Part shown: piece by piece, positions 14,701-27,704 of the stretch | Position numbering within the stretch: the first letter of the stretch is position 1 | Layout of the letters: every line of letters begins with the position of its first letter | Origin: Azolla caroliniana | Taxonomy: Eukaryota > Plantae > Polypodiophyta | Direction of reading: 5' to 3' | Assembly (NCBI GenBank): GCA_043228905.1 | Contig: JBHGNT010000020.1 | Coordinates: 12,090,001 to 12,154,000, forward strand | DNA length: 64,000 bases | Position numbers and translations under genes: made by a program | Notes under the pieces: model-generated | The model's input: only the letters and a program-made list of their open reading frames with translations | The model's database searches: none | What the model was told of the DNA's origin: nothing

Positions 14701-17700
14701 TATTCTTAAATTTTTATCTCTAGGCTCTAACTTTCAACTTTTAATTTTAAACCTCTAGTCTCTAACTTATTAAATTTTATATACATTATAAGTAGAGTCT
14801 CCTTTTGATGTATGACTATCAAATTTATGATAAGTATGATGACCAAATTTATAAGATGTATAATGACCAAATTTATAACAGGTATGATGACCAAATTTAT
14901 AATAAGTGTGATAACCAAATTTATGATGATTTTCTCACACAAAAATCATAATATGTATGATAATCAATATCTCTAAAAAATGGTTTGGTTTGGTTCTAAA
15001 TTTTCTGTAAACAGTTTGGTTTGATTTCAAGGCCACCAAGAAACCGAACCGGGCCCATTGGTAGATTGTACATTGTGAGGAACTGATTTAGAATTTTTGT
15101 TTTGTGACTACATGGTGTATAGTAATAAAAACAAGTAGTAAAAGCAAGAATGGTGACCAATTGGTGAACATCATGAGTACAAGATGCTAGACTGTTCTGT
15201 GTTCTCTTACGCTGAATCAGAGTCATGAAGAATGCAATTTCACTCCCCTACAATGTAGAAATGACATTTCAATGCATATTCAATTTCCTCTTTCTAAAAT
15301 GTGTATATTGCTGGTGAATCTTAATAACATTCCTAATTTTGTGGATGGCTGCGAGGAGTAGTGAGTTACCTGCAAGGAATGCAGTGGAACCTTTGTCTTC
15401 TAAACTCATGATTCAGGGGCCAACACAACCATGGATGTTGGATTAATTATCAGTTTCTTATAAGAAACCAAATAAGTGTAGTTTTATATACCAAGAACAT
15501 TATTAAATTAATTCCAAAATATGGCTGAAAACACTAGAATAAAATTTTTATTAACAGCTGCACGTAACTTTGTGCATGAATGCAGTAGTGTAATAATGCA
15601 CATGATGAAGAATTCTTGTCTGTGTAATAACTTTTATTAACTAGTGAAGCACTTATTTGTTTGGATGAGCAACCTACATGATGGAAGTAAGGCATACAAA
15701 TAGAGCTGACAAAATTGTAGTAAGACAAAACTGAACTTCAGCAGGTTTGAGTTTGTACTAGTAAGACTCTAGCTCTGCCATAAAGTGGCAGACAAGTAAG
15801 ATCAAGGCATTTGTTAAAATAGTCCTTAGCATGGAGCTGCCACAACCATCCAGCACGTAGCATTCTCAATTTAAAGAATTGCTTGTAGCCACTATTTCTG
15901 TGATTATGTTTTTCTTGTTATCTATACCTCCTCTTGGTGAAAAATATCATAATGTTATATGGTTAATGTTAGGATACCTTGTCATCAAAAATATCCAAGT
16001 GCATTCTTGCTTCTCATGTAGAAAACACTAATATTATGCGGCAATCACTTTGTCTGATTGTTTTCACTATTTTTTTGCATGATGAATAATGGTGTAGAAG
16101 CAAGAGTGTCTCTGGGATAGATTAACAGCTGTTGGAGAAAGGAAAGATATTTTAGTTAGACGAGAGGCATCTCTGGAGTTAGAAAGACAACGCACGATGA
16201 AAGTAAGTTATCAAGAATACCTTGTAAATGGATACGTCTCACTGAAGAGAAAATCTAAATGATAGTTTGTTCAACTCCCTGGTGTAAAATATTTGGAAAT
16301 CAATCTAAAAGTGGTAGATAAAGTGACATTCATTTATTTATATACTACCACTGCATATGATTATTTCTAGGGGGTGTTATTGGTAGGAATCGGCAACAGT
16401 TCGGTTTCAGCTTAACCAGTTTATCCTTGTCCAAACCAAACTGGTTAAGCCTTAACCGGTTTGGGAGTTTCCAAACTTGAACCGAACTGGTTAAGCCTAA
16501 ACTGGTTTAGCCAAGCCAATTAAGCCGTAACCTGTTTGGCCCAAATCAGTTTGGTTTGGCTTGAGCCATCCCAAACCGAGCTCAAACCGATTAAGGAAGC
16601 TCAAGCCTAAAGTGAACTGCCAAACCATTTTTAAATGGTTTATTGGCTCGGCTCAAGCCGATGCTGATTCCTAGGTATCAGTGGATATACCGTCTGTCTC
16701 AAGTCTATCCATCTTTCTTACTCTTATGTGGGGTACATATGCATGGGGAATCTATGCACCATATGAATCAGTCCTATGAAAGGTGTGCTCTTAATGGGCT
16801 GTAAAAGTCTACGGCTAGCATGATTGGCATGAAACAAGGATGACCACTATCACCCACTTATAGATGAGGTATCTAATTACGTATAGAGATTGAGTAGTTC
16901 AAAAGCATGCTTGGCAGAAATATCTTTACTGATATCACTATATGTTAATGACTTTGTGTCAATTTCCGACTCTTCAGAGGAACCGCAGAGACACCTAGAT
17001 GCTTTAAAGTTTGTACAACGGTCCAATAGACCTTGACAAAACTAAAGTGATGGTGTTTAACACCACTAAGGCATGGGCAATGAGAACCAAACTTAAATTC
17101 TTGGGAGAGGAAATGGTGGCACATAACACTACACATGGCTAGGAGTAACATTCGCAGACCCTTTGTTCTCCCTTGGTGCTCGATTTTTTAATGATATGCC
17201 AGCCCTTGGTGCTTTCCCTTGAAAGAAAATCAATTCTGGTGGTTTGGTACAATCAATTCTTCTCTATAGGGTTGAAGCTTGGGGACTAAGTTTTCATAGG
17301 GAAAATATGGAGAGACCGTGAGTCTCAATGATTGCCAACATGAGAAGGAGCAGATGATATAATCAGGGCTGAGATGGGGGCATCCCCAATTGTGACCTAG
17401 GCACAATTCGGATCAATAACTTTTGTCTAATGCATTTGCAGGTTTCAAAACAAAAGTAATTAAGCTTCATTCTTATGCCATCAAAACAGTTGGCAGAATG
17501 TTAAGATAATTATTGTTGGGATGCTGAAATCCTAGAATGGTTCCAATCACATGGACGAAATATAAATGCACTACAGCTTGGATTGTCCACACCTGAACAT
17601 GAACAATTTGGAAAACAATAGAATGATCCAAACTGCTATTATTTAATTTTGATAATGAAAGAACACAGATCAGCCCAACAACATCTCAAGGTAGGAAGAT

Positions 17701-20700
17701 GACCCATTATAAGGCCCTTGCTTTACATTCATCATCAGATGAATCACAGTGTTAGATAGTGTACCATTGAGTGCTGCATAGAGAAGCTCCAATGATCCTT
17801 TCTAACATGAGCAGGGTTGCACATTCACAGGAGCTGCAAACTCCTCATAGCTTATTAGGACATTCTGATTTCTGCCTAACAGTACTGTGTATACAAACCA
17901 TTTTAACCTTCTTGGTCAATGGAAATGGTGTGTTCTGTGTTTTCGGTGACATGCCCATAGTTTTCAACCTCCATAAAAATCACTGGATGGGCTCTTTCTA
18001 ACCAATGTGACATCCAGCACATTGGTTAGAATTCTATCATCATCTTTGGGAGTTGTGCAGTATATTTTGACTTGGACATGACCTACAGTGGTCTTGTACC
18101 ATCATTTAAAATGTTTTTTGCACTAGATGTTTGTTCAATTCTAATTAATAGCTGTAAAAATAATTCACTAATTTAGTTCTATGAAAGAGAAATAGGTGAA
18201 AGAAGATCTTAAAATAAAAAGTGCACAACTTGGTCGACTTGCTGTTCAAAGCCAAATGAAGCTTGATGAGGTACATAAAAACTGCAATTTACGGCATGAT
18301 AACATGAACAGCATGAAATAAAAGTTCAGGTATTCCCTGAGAACATGAGAGTTCCTGAATCTACAATTGTGTCTACTTATGAGGATGCCTAAAAATTTAA
18401 ATGAAGTTTGAGCCAACTTACCAGATAAGTAGATTATACAAGACATTCTTCCTACTGGCTGCACAACATCCATTTAATGTTTACAAGAATCTCTATATTT
18501 ATGTGTATGCCACTGTTTTGATTATATACAGCAAACCTGCAATCTGAATCGTTGTTCTTGGCGTTGTTTGTATCGTTTGCTGTTTCTTTGTTCCTCTGTA
18601 ATGACCTGAGATACACACAATATATACCTCGTTTCTCAGAATTTTTTGTATCCTGATAGGGTAAGAGAAAGATTGTGGAACAAAGGAAAGCATCAGAACT
18701 TAAATGTGCACGGGTATGAAATAGTACTTGTTTTTGTGCTATTTTTACCTATCAGAAGATAGAGATAAATTATTGTTTCCCCCCCCCTGGGTTGTGCATC
18801 TTTAACGATACTTAAGTACTTTGTTGTGATGCCCATTTCTAAAGAAACCAAAACTGCACTAGTTAGATCCTTTTATATTTTTGCCAGTTTTAAGCCTTTA
18901 GCATCATTAACAAAAAGTAGTCTTTGAATTGAATCTGTAGGATACAATTGAAGTATGGCAGAAAGATATCGGAAATCAATTATGTACAAAATCTAAACTG
19001 CCAATTCAAAGACCTTCTAATATGGAAAAGAAAGATGTTCAGAAAGATGTTCCAAGTCCAGAAAGTGGAATAAGCACAGTTGCAAAGTTAACCATGCATA
19101 AGAATGAAAGCTGGCTTAGTGCATTAGAACATGAAATTCCTTCAGGTACAGAGCATATAAAGGAAACAAATGACCAAGCTAGTGAAAACATTTCCTCAGA
19201 AGATAGTTCTATCCATATGTCAAAGACAACTCAGATGGCCAAATGTTTGCAGTCACCCTGTTCTATAAACCAAACAATGACGTCCTTGGACTTGCCAAAC
19301 TATATATTACCTGCACCCAGAAAACATGTTTCTGTTGCTGTTAAGTTCACCCCAAAATCATTAGCTGCTAATTTGCCAGCTCGTGAAAGTAGAGGTTAGA
19401 CGATTTTAAGTGAATGAATAAATTGTAGGACTATTTGATGCTATCAGTCTTTGGTTCATATTGAATATCATATTATTCTAATATACGAAATTACACAAAC
19501 CTGAGTTATCTTGTGTGTGTGTGTGTGTGTGTATAGACAAGGTTCATTTGAAAGGAAGAACCATGACTGAATCGGATACGACTGATGTCTCAGAGAGGTA
19601 ATTTTGGCAATTGTATGTAAATTTTCATTCCACTGTTTAACATGAGCTCATGTCTATCTCGATCACTGCAGGGAACCTTTATTTTTACAAGATAAGGCGG
19701 ACAGTTTTTATGAGTAAGTTTGGTTTATGTCCTGCTTCAATCATTCACTTGTTCTTTCTAAAATAAAATAATTTCTGGTTTACAATCCATAATTTACCAA
19801 AAAAAAATTGTGTTCAAGATAGCAAACACTTTGCTAGTCATTTCATACATATTTATATAATGCATATATGCTACCAGAAGCAATCCCTGTTCTTACCATT
19901 TTATAGAAATTTCATCGCAGGAAAGGAAATTTTAGCAGTGCAGTAAATGCATATTCGGATGCAATTAAGAAGAATCCAACATTGTTGTTGTATCCTTTAC
20001 TTGGTTCCTCATTTATTCTTACTGTATTACATTTGGATGCATGTTAGCAGGTGTAGGATGTTCATTTATTCCTCCTCATTTTGGGGTTTGATCAGCACCA
20101 TTGGTTGTATCTTGCAAATAGAGACAACTTTTTACCTTAACTGTGAACTAAAGATCATTTGTAAATAGAGCAGCAAGCTATTTGCAATTGAAGCAGTTCG
20201 AACAATGTCTCGCAGACTGCACAAAAGCATTACAAGTGCTTGAGGACATGCATGATGAGCTGGTTTCCAATGGTGAAGAAATCTTTTTGGATGGATCTTG
20301 TGAGTCTTGCTCAGACGACCCCCGTACAGTCATCAAGGCTCACATACATGAAACTCAAAAGCTTTTATGTAAGCGAAATCTTTCAAGTAGCAAAGACATG
20401 AGCAGTTGGCGCAGCTTAGCAGAAAGAAAAATTTTGGTAACACGTGCTCTTGCATTGTGCAATATGAAAGAGCTCAATAAGGCCAAACAAGACTTTGATA
20501 AGGTTTGTTTCCCTGCTGTATATCATTCGCATCAGATTGTTTGCTTTGGAGCTTCTTTAAACTGATCTAACTATATGTATGCATTATTTAATCCTGAATT
20601 ATTACTGTTTTTAAGTTTTATTCCTGGAATTTTGATATCTTTTTCAGTCCTAAACTAGTGGGAGCTGATGTGAATCAGTTTACCAACTGCTCGATAATAT

Positions 20701-21144
20701 GACCATCGCTTGTGTGTTCATAACAGTTTTAATGGAATCAGCTGCGTGTCCTGTTTCAGAATAGTTTGCACGTCATATGTGCATATTATAGTTTACAGTT
20801 TATAGTTTTTTCGTTGTCAGTTTAAATGCAATAGCTTTGCATTTTGCCATTTCATCAGAATGTTTCAACAATGGTCATTAATAAACATTTTTTGTTTAAT
20901 GGCATGGCATAAAATAGCCTATTTGCATATTGATTCTCGAGAAATACGCAAGATGCGCAAACAATTAATGGCTAATGGAAGAAATGGGAGGCTTTTCCTC
21001 ACATAATTTTGTGACGATGCGGTGTCACCATAATTTTAAAAACTGTCAAGTCATTCTGTGTAGGTACTCTCACGGAATCTAACTGAACACGAAATGGAAG
21101 AAATCCTGAGTATGGTACATGAGATTTTTCCAAGGACAGCCTAA
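11768..21144 (+). CDS. DNAAF4: Dynein axonemal assembly factor 4 (DYX1C1/PF23): CS domain, coiled coil and TPRs, ~505 aa, 11 exons
   Basis: Exons 11768-11867, 13834-13961, 16098-16202, 18196-18270, 18660-18713, 18941-19394, 19537-19597, 19672-19713, 19921-19989, 20154-20502 and 21064-21144, all in frame. CS domain MPITPSHTWHQS...TECYVKVNCSPYLFQADL...FFLIKKQECLWDRL; LPAPRKHVSVAVKFTP...LPARES; TPRs EPLFLQDKADSFYEKGNFSSAVNAYSDAI and NRAASYLQLKQFEQCLADCTKAL. Confidence 0.9.
14493..15063. mobile_element. hAT-type MITE in DNAAF4 intron 2
   Basis: Terminal inverted repeats caatgggcccggtt (14496) and aaccgggcccattg (15047-15060); AACCG subterminal repeats; degenerate 8-bp flanks ggatgtac and gattgtac; internal ~24-bp repeats at 14800-14930. 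Confidence 0.8.
16384..16673. mobile_element. hAT-type AACCG-rich MITE in DNAAF4 intron 3
   Basis: Terminal inverted repeats taggaatcggca and tgctgattccta match at 11 of 12 positions. The interior shares motifs (ggttaagccttaaccggtttgggagtt) with the array at 39760-40315. Confidence 0.75.
17440..17720 (+). mobile_element. LINE ORF2 C-terminal remnant
   Basis: Translates EWFQSHGRNINAL and aligns in inverted orientation with 52640-52910 ([18 protein letters not shown]). Confidence 0.55.
19990..20153 (+). other. U12-type (minor spliceosome) GT-AG intron 9 of DNAAF4
   Basis: The 5' splice site is GTATCCTTT. A branch-point-like TACCTTAAC lies at 20133-20141, about 12 nt upstream of the AG at 20152-20153, and there is no polypyrimidine tract. 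Splicing restores the TPR reading frame (TT|A TCA TTT GTA AAT AGA GCA GCA). Confidence 0.85.
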
Positions 21145-24100
21145 CAAAATGTGAGTATGATTAGTGGGATGATTACAATAACTTCCTTCTTGTAAAAGTT
21201 GCGTGAAGACTAATTTGCTATGTGGAAATGTTTCCAATAGGTGGTGCCGCCTCATTTGTCAAGTTTTCTTGCGCAGACATCCTTCCTACCTATATTATGT
21301 TCGCGACAAATTTTCAGTCATGCTTATTTTCATTCATCCTTCCTAGCCATATTCTGTTCATGATCTCAGATGTTATCGCCATCATCATCATCATCCACCC
21401 CAATTCAACCCGATACAACACAAAACAAAACAAATGACCCCTCGATCAATATCATATGTAATTAAATAAATAAATATGAGGCGATGAATATTTCTGCTGC
21501 ATCTCCGATTCCATTGCTTTCTCTCTCTATGTTTCCCTTCAACTCTTCTCTTCAGCCACTTCCAATATTGTACCTCTTCTTCACCCAGCCATAATAATCA
21601 GAATGGGTAGGAGGTTTTTGACATCACCCACCATCCTAACAAGTTTCTTGTCACCTTGTTTAATGTCTCTTACAGGAATTTCTTAGAAAAGAGATCTTGT
21701 ATGGATGAATGTAAATGAAGTATTCAACAATGGAGGGAGAAATTTGTTACGGTATAATGTATACAAACGTTCACCTTAATATGCCGTCAAATCAGCCATC
21801 TTAATCATAACATGCGAGAAGTTAGATTAATTGAGTTATCATACATTGTTGATTTCTCTTTATGATTATTTGGTGGACAATTTCAATCCAGAACCAATTA
21901 GGAGTTTCTATTCTCATTGGAATACATTGAAGCTGTTGCTCAAGTCTTGAATTCGAGATCTTATTGTTGTAAAGCTTGATGATTGTTTTTGCTCGTTTTA
22001 GAAAAATTGCAGTGAATAGAGATATTGTGCTTGTTTTTGTTTCTGTGCATTTTTCTTTAGTTCCTAGTTTGTAGTAATCCATTGTGGTTGAAAAAAAGCA
22101 CCTAAATTAAACATGTTATTACATATGTACAAATTTGCGTGGCACAAAATTTGTAGCGAGAACATTTATCTTTAATGATAATATTAAGAGTGTTTGATTG
22201 ATCAATTGTTCATGACAAAATGTTAATTTAATTGTACCTAAAAGGTCAATGACCAGGTTCCGTGTACTCCTTGCAAGTCATGAAGTTTCATTAATCTTGA
22301 ATACCATGGGAAATTTCTATGTACTACCATTCACAAATAGGCTTGCCAAAACATTTCATAGGGTCATAGATTTAACTTAATTTGAATGTAATGGAAATTC
22401 AATGGAGTTTATGGCACTTGCAAAATCTTTGATGGATACGAAAAGTCTCTTTTAACACAATCAAATATGGTTTATGAAACCAAGGTGCCACATTCGCACC
22501 TAGCGTTTGCAAAGTTCCTTAATGACTCTTGGCATTCAAGAGTGTCACTAATGAATGTGCGAAGGGTGAGCCTCCACATCTCTCTCAAGCTCTCACATGT
22601 GGTGCATCCCATTTTCCAAAACATTTTTGTATATCTTGCATCCGAATGAACTCAATATTTTGTTTTTTTATGTCTTTTTTAAGGTTTTTACTTCCCATAA
22701 AATTCCCTAAAGTTGATATGGTTGTTTTTTATCTCAATCATGTACTCCGCAACCCTCTCCAATGTTATATCTCACTGGGAAGTGACTATGCTTTAGAGCT
22801 ACTAACAGTCGACTTATTATGCATGAAATAGTTTTGCGAGACACTGGTATAAGCTCTTGTGCATCTTTGTAAGTATTTGCTAAAAGCAACACATCCTTTG
22901 CATATAACAAAAGCTTATGTGCATCTTCTAAAGTACTCGACAGAGGGTTTACATCATCCATGTGGAATAAAACACAATAATTGCTAGAGAGAGCAAAATC
23001 TTATTCAAGATCTCATGATTAGATCCTATACATATATATTGTTCCAACAAAAATAGGATTTATATGGTTCCCCACTCAATATTTGCTAAAACAATATTCG
23101 TCGCTATCGAGAGTTTGTGGTGCTCAAAATGTTGGGTTTTGAAATGAATGTTTGTAACGTCAAATTTCAACATACATATAATATTCGGACAAAAAGAAAT
23201 GGAATATTATTTTGCATTCAATAAAACACCAATTTGGTATTCACGGTTTCAAAATAACAATAACATTGCCCAAAGTTGTAATAGCATTATCTGCCGCGCT
23301 TTGATATTCATGATAATATGATAATTATGCAAGTTGATTAATTATTTGAAGATTCGTTAACTAATGTTCACTATTATTTATTACGTTAGTCTCTTTTACT
23401 GTTTAGGGAGACAAATGAGAAACGTCTTAGGGAAATTGGAACCATGAAAGACATATTCATAACATCGAATTCAAACTCAAAATATTTACACAAATGAGAA
23501 AAGCAAAAAACTACTTGAAATTGTGGCAATACAAAATAGCCATGTAAAAACTTTGGACACGTAAATGGTGATATCACGAGTCCTCATGATTCTTCTCATT
23601 GGAACGGACATCTTTGAGCAATAATTAAACTACATACAATAAAATTCATGCATGCATTAGAGCATACGAAATGCTATCTTGTGCAATAGAGCATATAAAT
23701 TGTATGCCACCTTGTGACTCTTACATGTAGCATGCGCATTAATTCCATCCACATGAGAGCCCACACAAAATGTCTCTTAAATACAACAAATTCGCACAAC
23801 ATACTTAGCTTGAAGTACTAAAAATATTATGAGCCAAGTCCAATTATTTTGGCTCCATGTTCATATCCCTATCATAAGAGCTAGATGGTGTGACAACCAC
23901 ATGGATATCGTACATAGAATCCTCTCGTCAAATTATCCCAAGTGCATTGATATGAAGAGAGGTGTTTCCCACTATTTAGAGTAGAGCCGTTCGAGCGTAG
24001 GTTTGTTGCATCGTTAAATGTTGCACAATTGTTGAATCTCTCCTATTCAATTCCTACTTGCATCATGAAGCTTTTCCGTGGCATTGCACATATTGCATTG

Positions 24101-24469
24101 TCAATACAATTTCTTGATTCTCTCTCTTTTTCAAAGTATATCATGGTCTCCAGTGTTCCTAAGCACGAGACATATTGTTTCTTTTGTTGGTGGATGTCAT
24201 AGCAATCGGGAAGCTTAGTCAGAGAGGATGTCGAGACACTCAATCGAATTTAGCGGCATTTCGGCAATCATATATGTGAGCAAGCTCAAAGAACCTAAAC
24301 AAGAGGGGGGGGGGGGGGGGCAATTAACGGTGTCCAGAAATAGGAATATTTACGGCGGCGGTGTGTGAGAAGATGTTTTCCAGAGGCTTCATGTGAGGTG
24401 TTTCATCGGGGTGCTTGAAAGGATGCTTTCTGGAGTCTTCCGGCGAGTTGTTTCGCCAATGTATGTTGC

Positions 24470-24620
24470 AATCAGCAACAATTCGGTTCAATTTGAGAGT
24501 GTCAAAACCGAACCGTTTAAATTTAAAAAATTGAAGCTTGAACTGAACCGAACCATGAAACCATTAAACTGAATTGTTTTAAAAAAACAAACCAAACCGT
24601 TAAAACCATTAAAACCGCAG
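24470..24620. mobile_element. AACCG-rich MITE fragment upstream of the PPR gene
   Basis: ttcggttcaatttgagagtgtcaaaaccgaaccg...gaactgaaccgaacc matches the left end of the MITE at 45368. Confidence 0.65.
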
Positions 24621-24743
24621 GGGGGTTTTGTGTGTGTAGTGAGTGGGTGAGTGCAGTAGTAGTAGTAAGTAGTATATGTAGTGTAGAGGAGGCCCAGGAG
24701 GAGCAGGTGGTTGGGGGGTCATGGCCTGGGTAGGAAGCAAACC

Positions 24744-27704
24744 ATGTGCAGTCCCATGGGCCTCTGCCACTACACCAGATTGCTCATCCAATGCAAAGAC
24801 ACCAAGAATCGTGTCCATGGCAACCTCCTATATGCTTGCCTCTTGCAGATTCTGGAAGAAGAGGAAGTAGCAGCAGCAGGGCATGGTGATGGTGATGGTG
24901 ATGGTTATGTTGATGGTTATGGTTATGGTGATTGTGATGGTGATTATGATGACCCTGTTGTGGCCCCCATGGCCTGCTTCCCAACCCTCCTCCTGCAGAT
25001 GTATGCCTCCTGCGATGCCCGAGAGGATGCGCACGCCATGTTTGCACGGCCGGCCTGCAAGCGAGATGTCGTGTCGTGGAACAGCATGCTTGCCTTGCAC
25101 CATCATGATTCTCCAGCCCAGCTCCAACTCTTCCACCACATGTTGTCACATTCTCACCTCATCATTCCCAACAGAGCCACTTTCCTCATCGCTCTTTCGG
25201 CATGCCAGAGTGACGCCTTCGCGGACGATGGGCTGCTCTTGCATTCCTGCATTGTGGAGCATACTAGTAATATGGAGATTAGTGATGATGTCATTCTTGG
25301 CACTGGACTTGTCTCCATGTATGGAAGGTGCAGAAGTGTAGAGCACGCTTGGGAAACTTTCACGAGGATGTCAAATCGTGATACTGTAGCTTGGAATGCC
25401 ATGATCACTGTTTATTCTCAGAATGGGCTTGATAACGAAGTGATTCAGCTTTTCCAACTTATCAGCCAAGATGGTCTTATACCCAATAAGGTCACATATC
25501 TGGTCATTCTTGATGTTTGCTGTAATTCTGCATATTTGGGGGAAGGGAAGAGGATACATTCATGCATCTGGCACCATGGCTTGGATGTTTCAGTCGGAAA
25601 TGCTCTTATTAACATGTATAACAAGTGTGGGAACCTGGAGGATGTAAGGGAAATGTTTGATGAGATGTGTGACAGAAATGTCATCTCGTGGACATCGCTT
25701 ATTTCGGTGCTTGTTCAGCATGGTTATGGAATGGATGCACTGCAATCATTTCACCAGATGCAGGTAGAAGGCGTGATACCAAATAAAGTTACATTTCTCA
25801 GTATCTTTCCTGCATGTGTTAATGGTTGTGTGGGAATCCTAAGTGATAGCTGCAAGGTTCATGCTGTTCTTGGGCATGATGTAGAATTGGATAATGTTCT
25901 AGGTAATGCACTTGTGAATATGTATGGGAAGTGTGATCAAGTGGAGCTTGCAGAGAAAGTATTTGCAAGAATGTGTGATAGAGATGTGGTGTCGTGGAAC
26001 ATCATGATTTCAATTCAACCTTGGCATTCAATCCAATTGCTTTGGCAAATGAAAATGGAATCACTCCTCCCAAGCAAAGCCACATTTTCTTCTATACTAA
26101 CAGCATGTACTACATGTGTGCTGTCGCTTGCTTTTATCAAGTGCTTGCATGCTCAAATTGTTGCCAATGGGCTGGATACAGATGTCATGATAGTAACAAG
26201 TCTTCTGAGCATATATGGAAAACGTGGCTTTATGGATGAGGCTTGGTTGATTATGGACAGTTCCAATATACATGATATGGTCATGTATAATGCCATTATT
26301 GTATCACATACGCAAAATGGGCACTCAAGGTATGCTCTCCAACTACTGTACCAATCCTTGATGGAGGGTTTTATGCCTGATAAAGCTACTTTTCTGAGCA
26401 TTCTTGATGCTTGTGGCAACCTGGGATCAACCAATGATGCCAAGAAAATGCATGTCATCATAACAGGTATGGGACTTCAGACAGATACCTCTGTGAACAA
26501 TGCACTCCTTGTGATGTATGGGAAATGCGGTAGGATTGAAGAAGCTGATAGAATCTTTGAGTCATCAAAGGTACAGGATGTTATTACTTGGAATGTGATG
26601 ATTATGGCATCAAGCTACTCTGGAGAACCCGGAAAGGCCGTACTCCTATTCGAAGTGATGCAAACTGAAGGCATCATACCAGACAAAGCCACCTTTGCAA
26701 GCCTGATTTCTGTATTTTCTAATGAAGAGGGTCTGCTAGAAGGCACACGAATGCATGCTCGCATTGTTGGTACTGCTGTAAATGAAGATATAGCTGTCCA
26801 AAATGCTCTCATCAGCATGTATGGTAAGGGTGGGAACCTTGACCAAGCAAAATCTATGTTTGATAGAATTTCCAATCCAGACATTGTTTCATGGAATGCC
26901 CTCATTGCAGCACATGTCCATTGTGGTGAGGCAAATCAGGCCCTTTCTCAATATAGCAATTTGATGCAAGCAGGAACTGTCTTCCTAGATAAAATGATTG
27001 TGATTACCATCTTATCTGCCTTTGCTAGTGAGGCAACCTCAGTTGAAGGAAGGTGTCTGCATGTTTGCATTGTGGAGAACGGAATCCAATCAGATATTTC
27101 AGTAGGAAATGGCCTTGTTAATATGTATGGTAAATCTGGGAGCCTTGATGATGCAAGGTGTGTTTTTGAAAATATGCAACAGCATGATATAGTTTCATGG
27201 AATGCAATGATTGCAGCCTATGCACAACATGGGCAAGCAGACCTAACTTTTGGGCTGTTTTTCAAGCTTAAATCTAAAGGTCTGATTCCAGACAACGTGA
27301 CTTTGGTTAGCATTCTCATGGCATGTAGCCATGGGGGTCTTGTGGATGAGGCATTCTGGTTTTTTCTCTTTGTAGACGGCATTAAAAGAACGATAGACCA
27401 TTATAATTGCTTGATTGACCTTCTTGGACGGGCAGGAAGGTTGCACGAGTTGGAATGCCTTATGAAGTCCATGCCAGTAAACCCTACATATGCTTCATGG
27501 ATGGCTTTGCTAGATGCTTGCAGGAAGCACTTCGATTTGGAAAGAGCAGAGATGGCAACAAATTGTATCATGGATCTGCAACCGTCAAAATGTGCACCCC
27601 TTGTATTGTTATCAAACATCTATGCTAACGCAGGTAGATGGGAAGATGTGAATAAAGTAAAAGAAGTTATGAGAGGAAATTTGAATTATTTTACCATATG
27701 CTAG
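24744..27704 (+). CDS. PLS-class pentatricopeptide repeat protein with E domain and no DYW domain; putative organellar RNA-editing factor
   Basis: Intronless ORF, first ATG at 24744. Repeated GNALINMYxKCG, DVVSWNAMI and PDKATFLSIL motifs. It ends with HYNCLIDLLGRAG...SWMALLDACR...VLLSNIYANAGRW followed by a stop. Confidence 0.95.
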   Translation: MCSPMGLCHYTRLLIQCKDTKNRVHGNLLYACLLQILEEEEVAAAGHGDGDGDGYVDGYGYGDCDGDYDDPVVAPMACFPTLLLQMYASCDAREDAHAMFARPACKRDVVSWNSMLALHHHDSPAQLQLFHHMLSHSHLIIPNRATFLIALSACQSDAFADDGLLLHSCIVEHTSNMEISDDVILGTGLVSMYGRCRSVEHAWETFTRMSNRDTVAWNAMITVYSQNGLDNEVIQLFQLISQDGLIPNKVTYLVILDVCCNSAYLGEGKRIHSCIWHHGLDVSVGNALINMYNKCGNLEDVREMFDEMCDRNVISWTSLISVLVQHGYGMDALQSFHQMQVEGVIPNKVTFLSIFPACVNGCVGILSDSCKVHAVLGHDVELDNVLGNALVNMYGKCDQVELAEKVFARMCDRDVVSWNIMISIQPWHSIQLLWQMKMESLLPSKATFSSILTACTTCVLSLAFIKCLHAQIVANGLDTDVMIVTSLLSIYGKRGFMDEAWLIMDSSNIHDMVMYNAIIVSHTQNGHSRYALQLLYQSLMEGFMPDKATFLSILDACGNLGSTNDAKKMHVIITGMGLQTDTSVNNALLVMYGKCGRIEEADRIFESSKVQDVITWNVMIMASSYSGEPGKAVLLFEVMQTEGIIPDKATFASLISVFSNEEGLLEGTRMHARIVGTAVNEDIAVQNALISMYGKGGNLDQAKSMFDRISNPDIVSWNALIAAHVHCGEANQALSQYSNLMQAGTVFLDKMIVITILSAFASEATSVEGRCLHVCIVENGIQSDISVGNGLVNMYGKSGSLDDARCVFENMQQHDIVSWNAMIAAYAQHGQADLTFGLFFKLKSKGLIPDNVTLVSILMACSHGGLVDEAFWFFLFVDGIKRTIDHYNCLIDLLGRAGRLHELECLMKSMPVNPTYASWMALLDACRKHFDLERAEMATNCIMDLQPSKCAPLVLLSNIYANAGRWEDVNKVKEVMRGNLNYFTIC

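Noticed and set aside
21480-23000. Possible decayed transposase region
   Set aside because: It looks coding-derived, but I could not read any convincing family motif.
24784-27619. Alternative-frame and antisense ORFs over the PPR gene (His-rich, Ile-Thr repeats)
   Set aside because: They are by-products of the hexamer microsatellite and the main ORF.
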